64,000 nucleotides of DNA, taken from the IMG/VR virus record IMGVR_UViG_3300025276_000021. One strand, written 5' to 3'. The notes beneath the pieces are model-generated. The model did not search any database. It was not told the origin of the DNA and saw only the letters and a list, made by a program, of their open reading frames with translations. Numbering within the stretch: position 1 is the first letter of the stretch; every line of letters begins with the position of its first letter. The DNA comes from a virus. A program made the position numbers and the translations under genes. This document shows positions 8,156-17,511 of the stretch, piece by piece.

Positions 8156-10879
8156 TTATCCTTGCAATTCTGCCGTAGGTGGGGTAAAGGTTGCGGTATA
8201 TCTTGCAAGACCTTTTGTAATTCTAAAATCTTGTATATATCCTCCGAAAGAAAGATATGATCCATCGGTATATGCTGCATATAAAACATAATCTGTTTGA
8301 TTTAAATTATATGAGTTTGTTCCACTATCAAATAGTGTCCCGTTATAAAAGAGCCTAAGTGAGGTTCCTTCTCTAGTCATTGCTATATGCTGCCATTGGT
8401 TGACAACGAATTTATTTGTCGCGCTATAAAAGCCCTGATTTGTGGTATTATTTCCAATAAACCATCGGTCAATACGCATGACTACACCCATACCACCTCC
8501 TATTGTAGCCCCACTAATAGCAGTAGCATACGAACCCAAAGAAGTTGGATATATCCAAGCCTCTACTGTAAAATCATCTGTACCAATAGGTTCAATTGGC
8601 ATTTTAACATAATCTCCAGTACCATCACCATATATTGATTTTGTTCCAGCAAATTTTACTTGACTTGTAGACGTTGCGGCATCGCCAAAACATTTTATTG
8701 CAGATGACTGACTCAAATCTGAAATAGATGTTTCTGGATTCAATAGAAATTTAACACCATCAGCTACATTAATTGTTCCTATCATACCCGCATGAATTCC
8801 ACATTGATAGTAATATGTACCAGCAGTATTAGGAGTCCAACTAACTACACCGCTTGTTGCTCCTTGTCCTGTTGCTGCCGGAGTACTGACATTTGCTCCA
8901 GCATCTGACACTCTAATATTAAAAGGATGACCTGAAGCATTTACAGTAAAGTTTACAGTTTGACCAATTGCCATATTTACAGTTGCGTTACTACCACTTA
9001 CAGCACCGCTTAATGTATATGCATTTGAAAATGCATTTGATACACCTATAGCCATGGCTGGATACGCTACAGAAGTTGTTAATGGCGCAGTTGGAGGTGT
9101 AAACGCAGAAGTATAAACTGCTGTTCCTACTACTAATCTAGCATCAGAAATAAATCCTTTAAAAAAATACCCACGGCCCCATCCAACTCTAAACGATGAA
9201 GACCCTCCTATGTCTGCGCCAACGCCAGTTTTAGACCCTACACTTGTTCCATTTAACCAAATATTTAAAGAAGTGCCAGAGCGAGTTATAGATACATGGT
9301 TCCATATGTTTGTTGAAATCGTAGTAGATGATTCAACATTATCACTGGAACCAACCCCTGCCCAATCAAAGTATAACTTGCCATTTGATAATACAAGCAA
9401 TGTAAATTCATCATTAATATCACTAGAACCTGACCCAACTATGCCTCTATGTGATGAATGATCATCTAAGTTAACCCAAGCCTCCCAAGTAAAGTCGCCA
9501 GTACCAATTCCATCATGTATATTTGTACCAGTATCTAAATAATCACCAGTGCCATCAAAATATGCAGACGCACCATGAGAGGCTTCTGAATATACACCAG
9601 CATCGAATAATGAGAATGGTTTTAGAGATGCATCACCACCAACGGTGATTGTATGATTTGATGCAGATTGATCTTTAAAATAAGGTAAATCGCCAAGTAA
9701 AAATTTTGTGTTTGTAACAGCAGTAAGAGGTTCTGTTGGAACTGTAATGCTTGTTCCAGTATAAAGTCCTGTTCCATTAACTATACGAACATCTCTCATA
9801 TAACCATCAAAAGACCAAGCACTTAAAGACGAGCCGTCACTTCCGACAGTAAGTGTTGTATTAGCAGTACAATTTTCACTTGCTGCATTAGTAGTAGTTC
9901 TAGTGCCATTTATATATGTAGAAATTGTACCTGAAGTGCGAGATACTGCTATGTGCAGCCACTCATTTATCGCTGGAGTCTGAGTAAAGTTAGTAGAAGT
10001 TCCAGCACCTGAACCAGAAGAACTAGCAAAAACAAGTGATGTGCCTGTATTATATAGATTCCAACCAAAGAGACCACTACCACTCCATTTGCCAATCAAT
10101 CCTTGATTTTTTAATTGATTAAAATATACCCACATTTCTACTGTAAAGTCACCAGTTAAATTTGTGTCTGTCGTTTGAGGAATTGTTATGTAATCGTTAG
10201 TTCCATCAAGTCCCAATGAATACCCACCCCGACGATATGGACTAAATGTTGATGCTGTTGGGTTACCAGCGACAGTAATTGTATGATTTGAGGTAGAAGC
10301 GTCATCAAAGGTTTGATTAGAACCAGTTGCAGTTGCTTTGACTGACGATATAGTGTATCTAGAATTTGTTACAGTAAATGATAATGTAAATGCGCTAACT
10401 GCACTTACAACTCCATTTAAACCATCAGTCACCCTAAATGTTAAACTAAAAGTTCCGGCATTTGCAGGATCTGTTGAAGGCGTAATGGTAAATACATTAT
10501 CTGCTTGAGATACTGTTGCTGTTGATCCTAATGATCCAGTTGATACTACATGGGACCACGTTAAAGCAAATCCTTCTGGGTCTGTTGAAACTGCTGTAAT
10601 AGTTGTTGCAGTACCATCAGTTGCTAAGCCATACGTTGAATTTACACCAGTAATTGCTGTTGGAGATGCATTAGTCACTTCAGCAACTAAGTACCAGCCT
10701 ACTCCTGACCAGATATACAATTTATTTGTAGCGACTACAAATGCTGTATTGCCAATGGTTGTAGAGGATGCTGGCAAATCTGCAAATGTTGCGTATGCTG
10801 CCGAGACTGATTTTGAATCCGCACTTCTAGGAAAGTCTGTAGATTGCGTAACATATTTTGCTCTTGAATAACTGCCCAT
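8156..10879 (-). CDS. tail fibre or adhesin with three LamG (ConA-like) domains and a cupredoxin-like insert
   Basis: DFTVEMW, DFTWEAW, DFTVEAW and WxH(I/V) LamG motifs; GHPF...YYYQCGIHAGM. Confidence 0.8.
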   Translation of the reverse strand: MGSYSRAKYVTQSTDFPRSADSKSVSAAYATFADLPASSTTIGNTAFVVATNKLYIWSGVGWYLVAEVTNASPTAITGVNSTYGLATDGTATTITAVSTDPEGFALTWSHVVSTGSLGSTATVSQADNVFTITPSTDPANAGTFSLTFRVTDGLNGVVSAVSAFTLSFTVTNSRYTISSVKATATGSNQTFDDASTSNHTITVAGNPTASTFSPYRRGGYSLGLDGTNDYITIPQTTDTNLTGDFTVEMWVYFNQLKNQGLIGKWSGSGLFGWNLYNTGTSLVFASSSGSGAGTSTNFTQTPAINEWLHIAVSRTSGTISTYINGTRTTTNAASENCTANTTLTVGSDGSSLSAWSFDGYMRDVRIVNGTGLYTGTSITVPTEPLTAVTNTKFLLGDLPYFKDQSASNHTITVGGDASLKPFSLFDAGVYSEASHGASAYFDGTGDYLDTGTNIHDGIGTGDFTWEAWVNLDDHSSHRGIVGSGSSDINDEFTLLVLSNGKLYFDWAGVGSSDNVESSTTISTNIWNHVSITRSGTSLNIWLNGTSVGSKTGVGADIGGSSSFRVGWGRGYFFKGFISDARLVVGTAVYTSAFTPPTAPLTTSVAYPAMAIGVSNAFSNAYTLSGAVSGSNATVNMAIGQTVNFTVNASGHPFNIRVSDAGANVSTPAATGQGATSGVVSWTPNTAGTYYYQCGIHAGMIGTINVADGVKFLLNPETSISDLSQSSAIKCFGDAATSTSQVKFAGTKSIYGDGTGDYVKMPIEPIGTDDFTVEAWIYPTSLGSYATAISGATIGGGMGVVMRIDRWFIGNNTTNQGFYSATNKFVVNQWQHIAMTREGTSLRLFYNGTLFDSGTNSYNLNQTDYVLYAAYTDGSYLSFGGYIQDFRITKGLARYTATFTPPTAELQG
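10621..10731. repeat. duplicated segment, copy 2
   Basis: see 7876-7986. Confidence 0.9.
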
Positions 10880-10909
10880 AAATCTACCTGTTTTGTTAAA
10901 TATATGCTG

Positions 10910-11044
10910 TTATTTATACATATCTATTTTCATTCTATGGAGCTTTTCTCTTAAATCTATTACCTTAACGTCACTTAAAGGAATTTCTCGCAACAAAATT
11001 AGCAGAATGTCCATATCATCTTTAGTAAGAGTTTCTTTAGTCAT
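10910..11044 (-). CDS. 44-aa hypothetical protein (not in ORF track)
   Basis: MTKETLTKDDMDILLILLREIPL...; start overlaps the upstream stop and the ORF fills the gap. Confidence 0.55.
   Translation of the reverse strand: MTKETLTKDDMDILLILLREIPLSDVKVIDLREKLHRMKIDMYK
10911..10918 (-). promoter_or_regulatory. T4-type late promoter TATAAATA
   Basis: exact match upstream of the fibre genes. Confidence 0.75.
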
Positions 11045-11588
11045 AGCCTAATACCGCAACTTTGTCTATATCGTCACTGATTAACTTAGATTCTATGATA
11101 TTATATACACGCCTGCAATGATAACCTAGATCATATAAATTGGTATTGTTGTCTATCACATAATCTGCTAGACCTCTGGTTAGTGTCATACTCTCACTAC
11201 TTTCTGGTGGCAAATGTTTAGACCTATCTACCCATATACAAGCGTCGAATACTTTTTGTTCTTTCATAGCCACAAATTCTCTGACATTTCTAAGTCCACA
11301 ATATATGTCATGTTCTGCAAAAATATCTTTACCGAGTTTTGCAGGATCAGCGACACAGTAGCCAGAAATAGCATCGTACCACTCAGACCTGTGATTATGT
11401 CTGTCTGCGTAACATTCTTCAAATGATTTGTAATTATATTTTTCTTTTAGATCATTATAGATAAATTTTTTGCAGGCAAACATACTGCTCGAAATAAAAC
11501 TCAACTTAAAATCTTGACATAAAATTTCGGAAACAGTATCTTTACCATGACGTCCATGGCCTATAACAAGTAATTTGGCTTTTTTCAT
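11037..11588 (-). CDS. deoxynucleoside monophosphate kinase (gp1-like)
   Basis: P-loop GHGRHGKDTV; GLRNVREF; ADYVIDNN. Confidence 0.75.
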   Translation of the reverse strand: MKKAKLLVIGHGRHGKDTVSEILCQDFKLSFISSSMFACKKFIYNDLKEKYNYKSFEECYADRHNHRSEWYDAISGYCVADPAKLGKDIFAEHDIYCGLRNVREFVAMKEQKVFDACIWVDRSKHLPPESSESMTLTRGLADYVIDNNTNLYDLGYHCRRVYNIIESKLISDDIDKVAVLGYD

Positions 11589-11818
11589 TCTACTTCCTCC
11601 AACTCGTAATATTCCATAACTCCATTTGTCTGAGATTTTGCTATTTCTTCGGCTTTATCCCAATCAGCGTTCTCTAATTCAATTTCTATTAACTTATCTA
11701 TTCTTACATTATCTATTTCAGGGAACCCTAGAGATTTGAGCGCGGACGTAACTGCACTTCCAGCATTATCTAGGATTCCTCTACGAATACATATCCGAAT
11801 ACGATATTTTGTCACCAA
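11585..11818 (-). CDS. purS: FGAM synthase small subunit PurS
   Basis: GILDNAGSAVTSALKSLGF..VRIDKLIEI...NGVMEYY pattern. Confidence 0.8.
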   Translation of the reverse strand: MVTKYRIRICIRRGILDNAGSAVTSALKSLGFPEIDNVRIDKLIEIELENADWDKAEEIAKSQTNGVMEYYELEEVE

Positions 11819-12288
11819 GTTGCAGCTGGCGCTGATGGCATTTGAAATAGTGCAGCCACTTTAGAGTCTGTCATTGTTCTAGCAAAGATGCACCAACCAA
11901 ACCAACCATTCTGTTCGATATCATCTTTAATAAGTTGAATTTCAGTAAACTCTCTAAAACTAGTTCCTGTAGTCCAAACATCGTCTACGATAAGAACAGG
12001 ATCAAATGCATTGCCCGAAACATAATTACTTAGAGCGTTCTGCAATTTTACACCACCGCGAGGAATACCAATAACTTTTGAAAATTGTCGAACTTCAATC
12101 TCGGAAATCATTTTAGCAAAACAATCCCATTCCGCGTCTGAGATAGCGTCACATTCTATTTTCCATGTGAGGTCTAACCCTGCATGTGATTTAAAATTAG
12201 ACTGTTGAAACAAATCAGTCTTAGGCGTTATACATGAAGAATGAATATATCCTTCTGATAGTGTATCGTAATAATTCTCTAATCCCAT
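11812..12288 (-). CDS. type I phosphoribosyltransferase (PyrE-like)
   Basis: GIPRGG and PRPP-binding loop VLIVDDVWTTGTS. Confidence 0.75.
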   Translation of the reverse strand: MGLENYYDTLSEGYIHSSCITPKTDLFQQSNFKSHAGLDLTWKIECDAISDAEWDCFAKMISEIEVRQFSKVIGIPRGGVKLQNALSNYVSGNAFDPVLIVDDVWTTGTSFREFTEIQLIKDDIEQNGWFGWCIFARTMTDSKVAALFQMPSAPAATW

Positions 12289-12491
12289 TATTTATCTCCC
12301 ATATTTGTTGGTGCGTATTGATCACCATTATAAGCAGGATAAGTTCCCTTTTCTACTCCGGAGTTGCATCCAACAACTACAGCCAGAAGTATTGCTATTG
12401 ATATATATGTTCCTCTTTTCATCCAATGCATAAATCCATCAAATGATTCTTCAGCTTGTTGTTGTGCCACATCTTTTATTTCTTTACTCAT
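12288..12491 (-). CDS. aa3-type cytochrome c oxidase subunit IV (CtaH)-like membrane peptide
   Basis: QQQAEESFDGFMHW followed by a TM helix, resembling Rhodobacter CtaH (QQEKTFAGF + TM); start at TAATG overlap. Confidence 0.5.
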   Translation of the reverse strand: MSKEIKDVAQQQAEESFDGFMHWMKRGTYISIAILLAVVVGCNSGVEKGTYPAYNGDQYAPTNMGDK

Positions 12492-12613
12492 TATTTTAAC
12501 CAATTCAAATATTTTTCAGGGTATTGTTTTTTATCTTCATATCTTACCCACAAGAAAGTACAAATTATTGCAAACCAAAAACATAGACAAAATGTTCCAA
12601 TAACAATTGCCAT
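12491..12613 (-). CDS. 40-aa single-TM protein (not in ORF track)
   Basis: MAIVIGTFCLCFWFAIICTFLWVRY...; TAATG coupling at both ends. Confidence 0.6.
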   Translation of the reverse strand: MAIVIGTFCLCFWFAIICTFLWVRYEDKKQYPEKYLNWLK

Positions 12614-12783
12614 TAGTGTCCACCTTCTGAGTATATTACGGGTATAGCAAGAAACAACATGCCAAATATCATTGCAATCAACATAATAACTGGCATCTGT
12701 GATAGTAGAGGTTTATGAAAATCAAAGAGCCTGATATATTCATGTACTCTGTATGCTGCTACTTTATTCCTAATCTTTTTCAT
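12613..12783 (-). CDS. 56-aa single-TM protein (not in ORF track)
   Basis: MKKIRNK...PVIMLIAMIFGMLFLAIPVIY; coupled to neighbours. Confidence 0.6.
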   Translation of the reverse strand: MKKIRNKVAAYRVHEYIRLFDFHKPLLSQMPVIMLIAMIFGMLFLAIPVIYSEGGH

Positions 12784-12970
12784 CTTCTAATATCTCTAAT
12801 AGTTGCAATCCATTATCGTATGGACTCAAATTGTTATACTTTGTTAGACACTCTGAAATTGTGATATTTTCCCATATGTCTGTTGTTCCATCTGGATAAG
12901 TTATCTGATATTTACGTTTAGTTCTATCCCAAAATCTAGGACGAACATCCGTAATCATTTCAGTTTTCAT
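12770..12970 (-). CDS. hypothetical protein
   Basis: 66-aa ORF within the operon. Confidence 0.6.
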   Translation of the reverse strand: MKTEMITDVRPRFWDRTKRKYQITYPDGTTDIWENITISECLTKYNNLSPYDNGLQLLEILEDEKD

Positions 12971-12974
12971 AGTA

Positions 12975-13148
12975 TCATTCGCTTAATCCAAAGCAAGGCA
13001 GTAAATTCATGTTACAGTACATACCATAATCTTCAAGACCTACTGTCAGCATTAGCATAATGACAGGTAATCCTAATATCATAAAGACAAGTACAAGAAA
13101 TGCCCATCCTAAACCCTTTGTAGTACAATATTGATGTTCTCCACTCAT
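12975..13148 (-). CDS. 57-aa membrane protein (not in ORF track)
   Basis: MSGEHQYCTTKGLGWAFLVLVFMILGLPVIMLMLTV...; ATGA overlap with the hydrolase stop. Confidence 0.65.
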   Translation of the reverse strand: MSGEHQYCTTKGLGWAFLVLVFMILGLPVIMLMLTVGLEDYGMYCNMNLLPCFGLSE

Positions 13149-13753
13149 GATTGTCCATCTTCCATTCTATAAAAAATATGTGCACCGATTTGAGCAATTT
13201 TAGTAAAAGCCTTAGCCCAACTAGGCGAAACGTATGTTGCATGGTAATGTGTAGAGCCTTCACTAATGCCTCTCCAAGTACCTTTATTATATATCATATC
13301 TGCATATCTCACAGATTTTTCCCAAGCTTCTGCGTTTTGTGGTTCATCTGCTTTACCGTCACAATACCAGCTAAACTGACATTTATTTAATAGTGGTTCA
13401 CCTTTATCATTCAGATAAGATTGATGCACAACATCACATGGCGTATCTGGATACTTTGCATGGTTTACTCTATTTAGCACAACATCTGTAACGCTCATGG
13501 CATCAACCAAAGATACTGCCATTGTTTCATAGTAAATATTAGTGGATAAGCAAGTTAATTGCTTAATCTTTTCTGCATGTTCTTCTAATCGAATAACTTC
13601 TTTTTCATTAAATTCTTCCGCTAAAGCCGCTGCTCTTAGTTCTACTGCTTCCGCGCTTTCGTTGGTTCTTTTTTGGCTTTCATATACTGCATATCCTATG
13701 CCTGCACATACTATAGCATTTACTGCCATTATTGCGATATGTTTATATTTCAT
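13145..13753 (-). CDS. SleB-like cell wall hydrolase with N-terminal TM anchor
   Basis: CLSTNIYYE, VVLNRV...YP.T.C.VV.Q, CQFSWYCDGK, HYHATYVSPSW, IGAHIFY. Confidence 0.9.
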   Translation of the reverse strand: MKYKHIAIMAVNAIVCAGIGYAVYESQKRTNESAEAVELRAAALAEEFNEKEVIRLEEHAEKIKQLTCLSTNIYYETMAVSLVDAMSVTDVVLNRVNHAKYPDTPCDVVHQSYLNDKGEPLLNKCQFSWYCDGKADEPQNAEAWEKSVRYADMIYNKGTWRGISEGSTHYHATYVSPSWAKAFTKIAQIGAHIFYRMEDGQS

Positions 13754-13784
13754 TTTGTGTCCCTATTATGATTCGTTATTATTA

Positions 13785-13813
13785 ATAATATCATAATAAG
13801 GAAACTTTGTCAA
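13785..13813 (-). promoter_or_regulatory. sigma70-type promoter
   Basis: TTGACA-17-TATTAT, extended TG. Confidence 0.7.
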
Positions 13814-14061
13814 GTGGTTTTAGGAAACTTTAATGTGTATTGTGTATGATGTTCAGGCGATAAATCTTTATAACCCAATGCCCAATTTTCAGCAGAATCT
13901 TCTACATATCTAAGAGATTTATTAGGAAAAGTTTCTTCAAAGTATTTTATACCTTCATCAGTAAAATATTTTATATAAGCATATTCTTCTTTATAACTGA
14001 AATGAATTTCGCAATAATCTGTACTGTTATCGGACCAATGAGTTGAAAGTTTTTTTCCCAT
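13810..14061 (-). CDS. hypothetical protein
   Basis: 83-aa ORF with GGAG SD. Confidence 0.7.
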   Translation of the reverse strand: MGKKLSTHWSDNSTDYCEIHFSYKEEYAYIKYFTDEGIKYFEETFPNKSLRYVEDSAENWALGYKDLSPEHHTQYTLKFPKTT

Positions 14062-14063
14062 TT

Positions 14064-14732
14064 TTATTCTCCTTGCATTAAATCCTCGGCTAAAGGAAAT
14101 ATTTTGCTGATAGCTTTACCACACGCGACTGCCAGATCCATGTGTTCTTTTTGAGTTCCATTATCACTTCTTAGTTCTATATAGTGAATCCATGATCTTA
14201 GCGTTCCGTTGACGTACAGCCTCGACATTGTAAGACCTTCAGGCAAAACTTTTCTTGCTTGTTCCTTAGCGATACCATTTTCGATTGCCCATTCATATGC
14301 TGATTTAGTTGCTTCAATTACAACTTTCTGTTGCCTTACCCATTCTTTTTGAAGTTCAATATCATCATGTTCAATACTATTTTGTCTGTTCTTAGGGTCT
14401 TGCAATCGTGCATCGCAAACCTCGAACATATTTTCCCCAAATTCATCGACATTAGCATATCTTTGTGAAAACTCTTGAAATGAAAATGAACGATGCCGTA
14501 AGAGTTGTCTGGCAATATCTCTTGTAGTTTCAATCTCCATTGTCGCAGAAACCATTTCGAGTGGCGACCAATGCTTGTGTTTAATTAAATATCGAATAAG
14601 TTTTTCGCTTGTACTATTATTCATTTGATTTGTAGGATTTGACACTCTTGCACAGAACGCAACAAATTCTTGAATATTTCCAAGTGCGGGACTTTCGTGT
14701 GGTTGTGTGTATGCTCTTAAAACTGCTTTCAT
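14064..14732 (-). CDS. thyX: flavin-dependent thymidylate synthase
   Basis: HWSPLE and RHRSFSFQEFSQRY signature. Confidence 0.95.
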   Translation of the reverse strand: MKAVLRAYTQPHESPALGNIQEFVAFCARVSNPTNQMNNSTSEKLIRYLIKHKHWSPLEMVSATMEIETTRDIARQLLRHRSFSFQEFSQRYANVDEFGENMFEVCDARLQDPKNRQNSIEHDDIELQKEWVRQQKVVIEATKSAYEWAIENGIAKEQARKVLPEGLTMSRLYVNGTLRSWIHYIELRSDNGTQKEHMDLAVACGKAISKIFPLAEDLMQGE

Positions 14733-14741
14733 AATAATTCC

Positions 14742-14990
14742 TTAGTGTACGGTTACGTTGGTAAAGTGTTCATCAAGCATACTTTCGTGTTGTTCAAAAA
14801 TATAATTTAACAGGCTCTTATATGCTTGATCAGTCAATTCAAATCTATATAGCTTTAGAGAATATGCCATCATTAAGCCAGCGATTTGTAGATTTTCATA
14901 TCCTGCATCTTTTCTATTATCTACAATTTCGTGAAAATAATGCCACAGCTTCTCTAAATCTACTTCGCTAATTTCCTCTTTATCTGTCAT
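14742..14990 (-). CDS. hypothetical protein
   Basis: 82-aa coupled ORF. Confidence 0.65.
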   Translation of the reverse strand: MTDKEEISEVDLEKLWHYFHEIVDNRKDAGYENLQIAGLMMAYSLKLYRFELTDQAYKSLLNYIFEQHESMLDEHFTNVTVH

Positions 14991-15238
14991 TTTATTAGAT
15001 TACTCCATTTTTTGAGCTTTTCTCTTTTAGCTGTAGCTGCGGTAAGTATCTCATCTCCTGAAATATCAAGATGGTCTCCCAACAAATCTAACATACATTG
15101 CACGTCTCCCATTTCCGCTATAAGATTTTTTCGCTTTTCATCGTCTATGCCAAACCTAAGAATTTTCATACACTCTTTTGTTAATTCCGCACATTCTTCG
15201 CCCGTAACAACTAAACATTCTGCGTGGGTTTGCTTCAT
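14987..15238 (-). CDS. MazG-like NTP pyrophosphohydrolase
   Basis: EECAEL...EMGDV all-alpha NTP-PPase motif. Confidence 0.75.
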   Translation of the reverse strand: MKQTHAECLVVTGEECAELTKECMKILRFGIDDEKRKNLIAEMGDVQCMLDLLGDHLDISGDEILTAATAKREKLKKWSNLIK

Positions 15239-16608
15239 AGTTTAAAGTCCTTAAATTTAGCAGCATCTTGCCCCTGCGGAGTTTTATCAAAAATAGGTGT
15301 ATCGTCTATCAAAGTCTGCTCAGTATCATCAACGTCAAATAGTCTCATTTTTGCTCGGTCAACACCAATTACAAATCGCTTTTTATAGCCTACATCATTA
15401 TAGCGATTCTTCAATTGCTTAACCGCGATTTGACCCATGCTTTCAAGTTCTTCACTGGAGATAAGAGCAAACATGAGGTCGGCAGTAGCGGGTAGTCCAA
15501 AAGACTCGGACGTATCTTCAAGCCCAACATCTGAGTTGCCATAACCAGAGCGAGTCGTTTGTGTTGCCGAAACAATCGGGAGGTTAAACTCGACTGCAAG
15601 GCCGCGCATTTCTTCTGCAATAGCTTTGATATATGTGTAAGAATTGATAGACCCTCCCATACCTTTCATGCGACTTGACGCACATATATTTAGATAATCA
15701 ATAAAGACAATATCAGGCACAAACGATTTTTTCAGTTTTAATTCGCCCAGCAAATTTCGAAAGTGTGCAGTATTTGCTTGACCTGTAGGATACTCTTTTA
15801 CGATTAGTTTACCGTTCGTTCTTTTAGAGATATTCGCAACGCGCTCTGCAAAATTTTCTTTACTCAATTCTGTGAGATCCGCGATAGGTACGTTTAGCAA
15901 GTTTGCGTCAATACGTTCTGCAATGCGTTCTTCTGCCATTTCCATTGTGATATATAATACATTCTTACCATCTGTTAATGCTGCCGCTGCTTGGTGACAC
16001 ATAAACAGAGATTTACCAACACCAGTGCCTGCGAGAATAATATTTAGTGTTTTTCTTGGTAGACCACCCTTCGTGATGATATTGAAATATTCAAGATCGA
16101 ACGGCAGTCTTTCTTCATCTTGATGATAAAACTCATATCTTTCAGCAAAGTTTGCCAAATAGTCGTGTCCGATATTCGTATCAAATGAAACGCCTAAAGC
16201 TTTTGTCAAAATCTCGGGTAGTGCGTTTTTAGTGAGTGACTTATGTTTGCCGTCAATAATACTGATCGACTCCATAACCGCATTGAATAATGCTCTGTCT
16301 TGACACCACTTTTCAGTTTGATCTAAAAGCCATTCCTCGTCTGATTTCTCTTTATCAAAGAGTTGTGGTATTACTTCTATCGCTTGATTATAGTTTTCTT
16401 CAGTCAAAGAACCAGATTCGTCTAGCTGAATTTTGTAAGTTTCTGCTGTAGGTAATTTATTATATTTTGCAACAAATTTACCAATTTCGACAAACAGAGT
16501 TTTATAAACACCCTCAAAATATTCCACTTGCACGAACGGCAAAACTTTTCTCATATACTGTTCATCAGTAAGGATGTTTTTTAGAATTACTTGCTCTATA
16601 TTACTCAA
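15235..16608 (-). CDS. gp41: replicative DnaB-like helicase
   Basis: AGTGVGKS, IDYLNIC, ATQTTRSG, SESFGLPATAD, KNRY. Confidence 0.97.
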   Translation of the reverse strand: MSNIEQVILKNILTDEQYMRKVLPFVQVEYFEGVYKTLFVEIGKFVAKYNKLPTAETYKIQLDESGSLTEENYNQAIEVIPQLFDKEKSDEEWLLDQTEKWCQDRALFNAVMESISIIDGKHKSLTKNALPEILTKALGVSFDTNIGHDYLANFAERYEFYHQDEERLPFDLEYFNIITKGGLPRKTLNIILAGTGVGKSLFMCHQAAAALTDGKNVLYITMEMAEERIAERIDANLLNVPIADLTELSKENFAERVANISKRTNGKLIVKEYPTGQANTAHFRNLLGELKLKKSFVPDIVFIDYLNICASSRMKGMGGSINSYTYIKAIAEEMRGLAVEFNLPIVSATQTTRSGYGNSDVGLEDTSESFGLPATADLMFALISSEELESMGQIAVKQLKNRYNDVGYKKRFVIGVDRAKMRLFDVDDTEQTLIDDTPIFDKTPQGQDAAKFKDFKL

Positions 16609-16631
16609 ATTATTTCCTTCGTTAAACGTCT

Positions 16632-16660
16632 ATTATACTATATTTTTTACGAGAGGTCAA
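16632..16660 (-). promoter_or_regulatory. sigma70-type promoter
   Basis: TTGACC-17-TATAAT. Confidence 0.75.
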
Positions 16661-17511
16661 GATAGAAAATCGTCTAATTTCGAGGCGTGTGCATCGACAT
16701 AAGCTTTTTTATATTCGAACCTAGCCTTTAGTACTAACCCTCTATATGCCAGTGCAGCATCGTCTTTTATCTTATAATATTTTGGATACATTTCAGCTAA
16801 AAGACGCTGATCTTGTCGGGATTGATCGTCTTTATTATTATCCCATAGAACAGAACCAATATTTGCTTTTTTATCGACACTTTTGTTTTTAGCGCAAAAA
16901 TCGTTCATTTTCCAACCAGCTTTGCCATTTGTAGCCATGACTATGTTAAAAAGAGTATCGTCCGAAGTATGCATTGTGCTTGACAATAATTTTTTATTGT
17001 CGCAAAATGTATCATATAATTTGTTTCCGTCTATAAACCAAATTTGATAAATAGCCTGAAGTTTTGTAATAGCTTGTGGTGGAGGAGCAAAAGCTTCCGA
17101 AGAAACTCCTAAGTAACAAGCATCATTATTATCAGTTAAGATTTTTGATGCGTTTGCAAAAAGATAATCCACATCATCTAGAGTGGCTATTCGTTTTGCT
17201 TTTTCCATATTAGACGGTAATCCAAAATATTTTTGATTTCTTCTGACAATAACCATATCATCGTCTGCCATCATATATTTGCTAGTTTTAGCGTGTTGAT
17301 ATATTATATTCCTAGTTTCTGCGATAGCGTGTGGATGCTTATATGTTAGCCAATCTGGTAAAACTAGATATTCTGTATCATATTTGTATTGTTCTCTTTC
17401 CCAAGCTTGTACTACAAAAACAACACGTTTTTTTAAAGAATCTGAGAGGCAATTATAAGTTATTTGATTATCTACTCGTTTAACAGTAGGTATATAAATC
17501 TTTTCAATCAT
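16657..17511 (-). CDS. GT-A glycosyltransferase, TET-associated (TAGT/GREB1-like) family
   Basis: KIYIPTVKR, IAETRNII, MADDD (DxD), SDD; C-terminal KLDDFLS. Confidence 0.7.
   Translation of the reverse strand: MIEKIYIPTVKRVDNQITYNCLSDSLKKRVVFVVQAWEREQYKYDTEYLVLPDWLTYKHPHAIAETRNIIYQHAKTSKYMMADDDMVIVRRNQKYFGLPSNMEKAKRIATLDDVDYLFANASKILTDNNDACYLGVSSEAFAPPPQAITKLQAIYQIWFIDGNKLYDTFCDNKKLLSSTMHTSDDTLFNIVMATNGKAGWKMNDFCAKNKSVDKKANIGSVLWDNNKDDQSRQDQRLLAEMYPKYYKIKDDAALAYRGLVLKARFEYKKAYVDAHASKLDDFLS

Noticed and set aside
7876-10731. DGR template/variable repeat pair
   Set aside because: Both copies are coding N-terminal modules, differences are not adenine-specific, and there is no reverse transcriptase in the window.
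13033-13263. 76-aa - strand ORF from the track
   Set aside because: Overlaps the hydrolase out of frame; the coupled 12975-13148 ORF fits better.
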